DNA of 64,000 nt from IMG/VR virus record IMGVR_UViG_3300008266_000011; one strand, given 5' to 3'. A program made the position numbers and the translations under genes. Source of the DNA: an uncultured virus (IMG/VR IMGVR_UViG_3300008266_000011) (taxonomy: Duplodnaviria; Heunggongvirae; Uroviricota; Caudoviricetes). How positions within the stretch are numbered: the first letter of the stretch is position 1; every line of letters starts with the position of its first letter. Under the pieces are notes generated by a model. That model searched no databases, was not told where the DNA came from, and saw nothing but the letters and a program-made list of their open reading frames with translations. Of the stretch, positions 58,296 through 64,000 are shown in pieces.

Positions 58296-58731
58296 TACAT
58301 TCCTGCCTTATCCCGACTTTGTTAAGTCGGCTCAGGCTCTTGATTACAAGCGACTTGGTAAGCAACGAGTAGAGGCGTGGCAGATACTACGCGCCTTGCG
58401 TGGCGAAACTAAGGGTTGGCGTAATCACCCTGCCACTAACTTGTGGCGCGGTCATGAGAAGTTACTTTGTGAATACGGAATCGCAATCTGTGATGAATGG
58501 ATTGCTCGTGGTTACAAAGATTCAATGCGTGAAAGATTTGTTGCGCTTCATTCAACTTATCCTGATTGTGAATTACCGAAATGGTTTGGCAATACAAACT
58601 TTCACAATTCACATCAGAGCAATCTCAATCGCAAAGATTCAACTTACTATCACTTCAACATCACAAATGATTTACCTTATTTGTGGTTCGACAACACAAC
58701 AGAACAACTCTATGAAAAGGAAACAAAGTGA
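58288..58731 (+). CDS. Pyrimidine-dimer DNA glycosylase-like protein (DenV/MSMEG_6728 family)
   Basis: TFLPY.DF..SA..LD.KRLGKQRVE..QIL, W.NHPA..W.G, H.SH.SNL.RK. Confidence 0.85.
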   Translation: MVNTFLPYPDFVKSAQALDYKRLGKQRVEAWQILRALRGETKGWRNHPATNLWRGHEKLLCEYGIAICDEWIARGYKDSMRERFVALHSTYPDCELPKWFGNTNFHNSHQSNLNRKDSTYYHFNITNDLPYLWFDNTTEQLYEKETK

Positions 58732-58955
58732 GTGGGCAATCAGAATGGCTAACAAACGACCAAGTAAGCGAGTTGTTAGGGTTGAAGTATTCAACTCTTT
58801 ACACTTATCGAAAAAGAAACACCCTTCCCGAACCCGATACATACATAGGAAGAACTCCTGTATGGAATCGAAAGACAATCGAAGAATGGAATCAGAATCG
58901 AAAACAAACTGAAATTGAATTAGTAGATGAATCTGATTCAATAACTAACACATAG
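58728..58955 (+). CDS. AlpA/excisionase-like HTH protein
   Basis: WLT..QVSELLGL...TLY.Y.....LPEPD..IG..P.W....I.EW. Confidence 0.75.
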   Translation: MSGQSEWLTNDQVSELLGLKYSTLYTYRKRNTLPEPDTYIGRTPVWNRKTIEEWNQNRKQTEIELVDESDSITNT

Positions 58956-58996
58956 CGGAACTACAACTCTCTTCTAAGTTACTTAGCCACTATGTG

Positions 58997-59030
58997 AGCC
59001 CTCATTCTCAATCGGGAATGGGGGCTTTTT
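58997..59030 (+). terminator. Rho-independent terminator
   Basis: AGCCCTCATTCTC-aatc-GGGAATGGGGGCT followed by TTTT. Confidence 0.75.
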
Positions 59031-59042
59031 CATGCCCGCTAA

Positions 59043-59136
59043 GTTACTCGTCAGTAGAGGGGGCTTCCAATTTGACCTAGATGTTACTCGTGGGTAACTT
59101 ACCCGTCAGTAGGTTACTCGTCAGTAGAGGGGGCTT
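59043..59136 (+). repeat. Direct repeats upstream of the recombinase
   Basis: 24-bp GTTACTCGTCAGTAGAGGGGGCTT at 59043 and 59113; variants at 59083 and 59099. Confidence 0.85.
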
Positions 59137-59138
59137 TC

Positions 59139-60416
59139 ATGGCGTATGTGGTCAGGCGTGGCGCACGCTATACAGGCTATTACCGCAAGGGCTCTAAACG
59201 CCTTTCTGCTGGCACTTGGGGCTCTTTCAAGGAAGCGCAGTATCAAGCCCTACGCATGGAGAATGGGGGCTCTAAGGGGCTTTCAAGGGCTAATTTGAGC
59301 CTTTCTGAGTATGCCGAAAAATGGCTTAGAACCGCCGAATTACTGCCTATCACAAAGAAGGGGTATGAATCCCTATGGAAGCGGTATCTAGCCCCTCAAA
59401 TCGGCTCTAAAGGCGTATTAGAGGTATCAACGCTAGAGATAAGGGAAATCTTGGGCGAATTGAAGGCTCAGGGGGTCGGTGGGGCAACGCTGGCTCAAAT
59501 CAAGGCGTGTCTAGGCTCTCTGTATAAATGGCTCATAGAGGGTCAAATCACCCAAATCAACCCGACTCATGGCATAAAGGTCAAAACAGGCAAATCGGAC
59601 ATCACAGGAATCCTAGAGCCTGACGATTTCAAGAAGATAGTTATTCACCTTCCTTCAGAGGGCGCAAAGTTACTTGCGAAGTTCCTAGTTGCTTCAGGAG
59701 CGAGATTCGGTGAAGCGAGTGAGATTCGATTAAAAGATTTTAATTTCAATACAAAAGAAGTTTTTATACAAAGGCGAGTAAGCGAACTAGGCAAGAAGCG
59801 TAACAATGGCAACAGATTCCTAGTCGTAGATGGCACTAAGTCGGGCTACAAGCGTGTAGTCGTGTTACCGGAAGCCCTAATACAAGAGATTCAGGCGTAT
59901 GTCAGGCTAAATCGCATAGGGAAAGAAGACCTAGTGTTTGAGAAAAGCAAAGTCATACCAAAAGATAAACTAAAGGATTCTCGTGGCATAGCAAAGTCTT
60001 CACGACCATTCGTGAAAGACGGAAAACTGTTCCAACATGGCACGCTCAGGGCTTACGCAAGTGGGTCTTGTAGGTGTGATGAGTGTAAAGCGATAGTTCG
60101 AGAGTATCGAAGGTCGCAAAGAGCAAAGTCATACCAAAAGGGTGAGGTCATACTTAAAGAACCGAGCCACTTGCCACGAGATACATGGAGAACCATCTGG
60201 AACAAAGCAATAGCCAAATCAGGAATGGGTTGGAGTCCAAGAACTCACGACTTACGGCATGCGAACGCAACGCAGTTGTTAAAGAACGGCGTTGATGTCC
60301 ATGAAGTAAAAGAGCGATTGGGTCATCAATCCATCAAAACTACCGAACGCTATCTCCACCGCGTTCGTCACCAGAAATCAAAGGCGAGTGAAGTTGTCAA
60401 TGATTTTCTGGGTTAG
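59139..60416 (+). CDS. int: Tyrosine recombinase / integrase
   Basis: SGARFGE (R), TKSG (K), HDLRH, LGHQS, ERYLH catalytic set; N-terminal SAM-like domain. Confidence 0.92.
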   Translation: MAYVVRRGARYTGYYRKGSKRLSAGTWGSFKEAQYQALRMENGGSKGLSRANLSLSEYAEKWLRTAELLPITKKGYESLWKRYLAPQIGSKGVLEVSTLEIREILGELKAQGVGGATLAQIKACLGSLYKWLIEGQITQINPTHGIKVKTGKSDITGILEPDDFKKIVIHLPSEGAKLLAKFLVASGARFGEASEIRLKDFNFNTKEVFIQRRVSELGKKRNNGNRFLVVDGTKSGYKRVVVLPEALIQEIQAYVRLNRIGKEDLVFEKSKVIPKDKLKDSRGIAKSSRPFVKDGKLFQHGTLRAYASGSCRCDECKAIVREYRRSQRAKSYQKGEVILKEPSHLPRDTWRTIWNKAIAKSGMGWSPRTHDLRHANATQLLKNGVDVHEVKERLGHQSIKTTERYLHRVRHQKSKASEVVNDFLG

Positions 60417-60424
60417 GAGAACTG

Positions 60425-60970
60425 ATGAAACTAGAAACACAGAATCGAATAGTTGTGTTGGTCTTATCCTTTGCGTTCCTTTCAGGGGCGTTAGGAATAG
60501 GTCGAGTGACTCCAGCATTTAGTCCAACTAAAGCCGAAGCACTAGAAGCACAAGTAGTCGAGAAGGAGTCCAACTCCGGTAAGTTACTTGCCAAGTTCGA
60601 GAACGCTCACAAGTTGAGTGACCAAGAACTAATAGCCCTACTGAAAGCAGTAGGCTTCGAAGGCAAAGCCTTACGAGAAGCGTGGGCAATCGCAAAGAAA
60701 GAATCAACAGGCAGACCGCTCGCACACAATGGGAACGCCTCGACAGGCGACAACTCATACGGCTTGTTTCAAATAAACATGCTAGGAGAGTTGGGAGAAG
60801 CAAGACGAGCGAAGTTTGGATTGGATTCCAATGCCGAACTGCTAAACCCTGTGGTTAATGCTCAAATCGCTTATCACATGAGCGATGGGGGCAAGAAGTG
60901 GGGCGCATGGAAGGGAATCACACCTCGAACCAAAGAATGGATAGAGAAGTTCCCGGAAGGCAAGCCATAA
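60425..60970 (+). CDS. Secreted lysozyme-like / lytic transglycosylase
   Basis: Signal/TM; AIAKKES, SYGLFQIN, L.NP..NA..A, W.AW. Confidence 0.8.
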   Translation: MKLETQNRIVVLVLSFAFLSGALGIGRVTPAFSPTKAEALEAQVVEKESNSGKLLAKFENAHKLSDQELIALLKAVGFEGKALREAWAIAKKESTGRPLAHNGNASTGDNSYGLFQINMLGELGEARRAKFGLDSNAELLNPVVNAQIAYHMSDGGKKWGAWKGITPRTKEWIEKFPEGKP

Positions 60971-61067
60971 GCCAAAGCAATAGCAAAAGGCAAAGGCAAA
61001 AAGTAATAGGTAAAGTGATAGGTAAAGGCTAGTAAAGCAAAGTCATACCAGAAGCAATACCAAAAGA

Positions 61068-61094
61068 GAAAGCCCCCTTAATTGGGGGCTTTTT
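61068..61094. terminator. Bidirectional terminator between convergent genes
   Basis: AAAGCCCCC-ttaatt-GGGGGCTTTTT. Confidence 0.8.
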
Positions 61095-61106
61095 CCACAG
61101 TGCTTG

Positions 61107-63119
61107 CTATGTGTTTGAGATTAACTTTATCTCACACGCATCAGTTGTGCAATACGCTTCACCAATAGCGTCAGCAGCCATTCCAGCATAGACGCCACTG
61201 AAATCAATGGGGAAGATTTCCATAGTTGCATCTTCGTAATACTCTTCATCTATCTGTGTGTATGGCATCTGCGGATAGACGTGGTTACCACTTGGCAAGA
61301 AGGATACGGTCTTGAGTTGACCGTCATACATATGCAAAGCCGTACCAATAGCCGAAGCCTCTTTCTCAGGGTCAAAACTGATAGTCACACTTACAGAGTT
61401 ATCTGACCAATATCTCTGTGCAGTAGCAGCAAGAGCCATCTTCTCGTAGATACTTACATCCTTCTCAGAACGTATAGCGTTAGACTTTACAGGGAAGAAG
61501 ACAACAGAAGTCGTATCAGGAGATTCATTTGCAGGCTCAACTTTATATTGCGCCATTTTGAATAGAGGAAGCATTGGGTCATTGTTTGCAAAACGAATTG
61601 CACGCAAGAAGTATTGACCACCTACAGACCAGTGAACTCCAGGAGATTCACCAGCAAGAATAGAGACCGTGCCTGATGGTTTAACGGTGGTCATCTTGAT
61701 TGATTCACGAATACCAAGCCATTCAGAGTAAGTCTTGTCGTAGCCCTTAATTACTTCGTAACCTTGGTTCATCCACTCACGCAAAACAGGTAAGCCCTTT
61801 ATATCTGCAAAGTTTGCAATGCCAGATATAGAAGTTCCAATACGGCGATTGCGTTGCATGATTGCATTGGTATCTTCCCAATGTGTAGGCAAGAGCGTTA
61901 CAGTCTTTGCATAGAGATATGCAAACTTTAGAGTGCGCTTGAAGTCTTCTATATCATCGTGACGATTGAGGTAGGTCTCTACAAGAGTGCAACATTCGTA
62001 AGACTCTAGGGACTGTTCAGCGCATGGGTTATAACCTACCGCTCTCCAATCCTTGTTGTTCTCTGGGTCTGCAAGGCGACCATACTTACGAGTAACATCC
62101 ATCCAGATAACTCCAGGCTCACCATTACGGGCAATGCCATCAATGATTGGGCTTAGGTCTTGACCTACAGATACCTCAACAGAGTTGTTTGACATCCAGC
62201 CATGAGCCATACGCTCTGGGTGCTTCTCGTAGTTCTTTAGATTTAGAAAGTCTTCATCATCTAGTCTGCCCATCAATAACTCAGCAGAGCGACGAACATT
62301 TCCAGATACAACGCAAACACCAATCATGTTGCCGATGTCAGCAATATCTCTACGGGTTAGTTTCTGTCCTGCACGACCACTAAACATTCCACTAATTAAG
62401 TTATGTAACTTAATTAGTGGGTCTGGTCCTGCTGCTGTTCCTCCAAACGTTTTGATTGGTTCGCCTGCTGGACGGATTGCTTCATAATTAAATACTGGAT
62501 TCTTCGAATCTGGTCGTAGGTAGGCATTGATGAGGGTGGCTGTCGATTCGACCCAGCCCTCTCTGGTATCTGGGATGTCATAAGGTTGTTCTCCTTGTGG
62601 TTCATAGATATTGAACTCTTTGTCTGCGCCCTTATCGTCAAAGCCAACTCCAACACCAAGCATTGATGCCTCCATTAAGAAAGCAAATGGCTTTGCTGGG
62701 TCGGTCTTTGTCATAGAGCCAGTTGATACAAATGCACAATTTTGTAGGGCTGCTGAATTTCGTTGGACATTTACTAGCGGTGTGCCCATGACCCACAGAC
62801 CACGTCCAGGTGGAGTCCACTTCAAGTTGAATAGTCTGTCAAAGGCCTCCTTTGCCGAGGCTGCTGCTTTGGCATCAGACCATGGAAGTCTCTGACTTTT
62901 AGCATGGTCCTTCTGCAACGAATACATGCCATTGATTACGCGTTCGCATACATCTGTCCATGTCTCTTTACGACCATTCTCCTTTAGACGAGAATAGGTG
63001 CGCAAGAAAGTTATCTCCCCTACCGAATTGCCACCAGCATCTTGATAACCAAATGGAGCCTTTTTGTCCTTGTACTGACCAACAAAGTCTTCAGCCAACT
63101 TAAAAGAAAAGTAATTCAT
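61107..63119 (-). CDS. nrdJ: Class II (adenosylcobalamin-dependent) ribonucleotide reductase, monomeric RTPR type
   Basis: PPGRGLW, NCAF, GNVRRSA, NPCAEQ.L...ECC.LVE, TVKPSGT, C-terminal CTTDAC. Confidence 0.92.
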   Translation of the reverse strand: MNYFSFKLAEDFVGQYKDKKAPFGYQDAGGNSVGEITFLRTYSRLKENGRKETWTDVCERVINGMYSLQKDHAKSQRLPWSDAKAAASAKEAFDRLFNLKWTPPGRGLWVMGTPLVNVQRNSAALQNCAFVSTGSMTKTDPAKPFAFLMEASMLGVGVGFDDKGADKEFNIYEPQGEQPYDIPDTREGWVESTATLINAYLRPDSKNPVFNYEAIRPAGEPIKTFGGTAAGPDPLIKLHNLISGMFSGRAGQKLTRRDIADIGNMIGVCVVSGNVRRSAELLMGRLDDEDFLNLKNYEKHPERMAHGWMSNNSVEVSVGQDLSPIIDGIARNGEPGVIWMDVTRKYGRLADPENNKDWRAVGYNPCAEQSLESYECCTLVETYLNRHDDIEDFKRTLKFAYLYAKTVTLLPTHWEDTNAIMQRNRRIGTSISGIANFADIKGLPVLREWMNQGYEVIKGYDKTYSEWLGIRESIKMTTVKPSGTVSILAGESPGVHWSVGGQYFLRAIRFANNDPMLPLFKMAQYKVEPANESPDTTSVVFFPVKSNAIRSEKDVSIYEKMALAATAQRYWSDNSVSVTISFDPEKEASAIGTALHMYDGQLKTVSFLPSGNHVYPQMPYTQIDEEYYEDATMEIFPIDFSGVYAGMAADAIGEAYCTTDACEIKLISNT

Positions 63120-63278
63120 TTCCCCTACCATTTCATCATATTGTCAAATACCCTCAAAAGGAAGGCTTATTGTGAAGGCACGAAACCTATCATGCACTTG
63201 TTAACTTCGTTTAATACTTTTGGCAATCTTTACAGGTTGAACCATGTTTCATAGCCTGATAACTTCTGTTATCAGATA

Positions 63279-64000
63279 CTACTCTTCTATTGACTCAGAG
63301 ATAATCTTTGTAACTGTATCTTCTTTCAATGTCTCTGGTAACTCACGAAGCGCCTGTGCACGGTCACCAAAGATGGCTGAAAGCACTCCACCAGCACTCT
63401 GACGCTGGGCTGTAATCTGTATAAACTCTTTATTAGTTTCCATCTCTTTAACCTGATTGACCAATTTAAATAGACGGTCTATCTCCTGAGATACGTTAGG
63501 GTCTGCGTATCCACCGTTCATTTCTTCGGCAAATCGCATGAAGGCTACACGCTGACCTTGCATCTCAATTATGGCTGTGAGCAGGGCTTTTAGTTGTTCT
63601 TTGGTCTTAACTTCTACGGGAAGATTGAAGGCACAAGAGTTATTAGGCTTGAAAGCAGGACAGTTAGAAGCGACAAAGCAAGTATTGCACTGACGAATCG
63701 AACTACTCTGCGTTTGGACGACTGGTACATCTTTGAGGACATCTCTTCCATTCTCATCCGTTTCTACTACAGTCTTTATATTAAAGCCAAAGACAGGTAA
63801 GTTTTGCATCTCTTCAGGGTCTCTTTGAACCACTTCACTTCGCTCCACTTTCCTCCCTTCTACTCCACTGTTATCAGAAGGTACCCCCATCAATTCCATC
63901 AAACCCGACATAAGGGGCGTATCGCTATTATCAGATACTTCTTCAGTTTTGCCACCTTCGATAATATGTAAATCGGGCTTCTTCTTATCCATTGACTCTT
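63279..64000 (-). CDS. Hypothetical protein with Cys cluster (probably extends beyond the window)
   Basis: RQCNTC....CPAF.....C; frame stays open to the window edge. Confidence 0.65.
   Translation of the reverse strand, partial: ESMDKKKPDLHIIEGGKTEEVSDNSDTPLMSGLMELMGVPSDNSGVEGRKVERSEVVQRDPEEMQNLPVFGFNIKTVVETDENGRDVLKDVPVVQTQSSSIRQCNTCFVASNCPAFKPNNSCAFNLPVEVKTKEQLKALLTAIIEMQGQRVAFMRFAEEMNGGYADPNVSQEIDRLFKLVNQVKEMETNKEFIQITAQRQSAGGVLSAIFGDRAQALRELPETLKEDTVTKIISESIEE

Noticed and set aside
58400..58912. 170-aa overlapping plus-strand ORF
   Set aside because: Overlaps two well-supported genes in another frame; no motif or RBS
59043..59136. Mini CRISPR array
   Set aside because: Only two full repeats, the spacer is made of repeat variants, and no cas genes are present
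63120..63278. Cobalamin riboswitch upstream of nrdJ
   Set aside because: No B12-box-like consensus recognised; only a short hairpin CTGATAAC/GTTATCAG

Overview
64-kb piece of a large tailed (contractile-tail, myovirus-type) bacteriophage. The WhiB gene, actinobacterial-type small proteins, leaderless TANNNT-type promoters and moderate GC suggest an actinobacterial host, possibly freshwater (inference). About 1-31 kb (mostly minus strand) is the virion module: tape measure with an M23 peptidase domain, tail chaperone, tube, sheath, neck proteins, a run of tiny lysine-rich ORFs, repeat and collagen-like fibres, N4-gp56-type major capsid, scaffold, portal and large terminase. A plus-strand glyco-modification island sits inside it. 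About 31-43 kb holds lysis, membrane and surface genes, Hsp20 and an HslV-like Ntn peptidase. The 43.4-49.0 kb block is an array of about 14 small proteins (ADP-ribosyltransferase-like, GNAT, Cys-His-Asp hydrolase-like, ParB-like), most carrying a shared short terminal tag of the form (N/P)L(S/G)x2-3(Q/L)F, and is driven by repeated leaderless promoters. It is a candidate tagged-effector or virion-cargo system. About 49.1-50.5 kb is non-coding and contains a ~640-nt RNA with many long-range and pseudoknot pairings. About 50.5-61 kb is a plus-strand, palindrome-depleted early-type module: MoxR/CbbQ ATPase plus vWA partner, HNH, WhiB, DenV-like glycosylase, Xis-like HTH, repeats, tyrosine recombinase and transglycosylase. 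A class II ribonucleotide reductase follows. All annotations come from reading motifs by eye. No database search or folding program was run.
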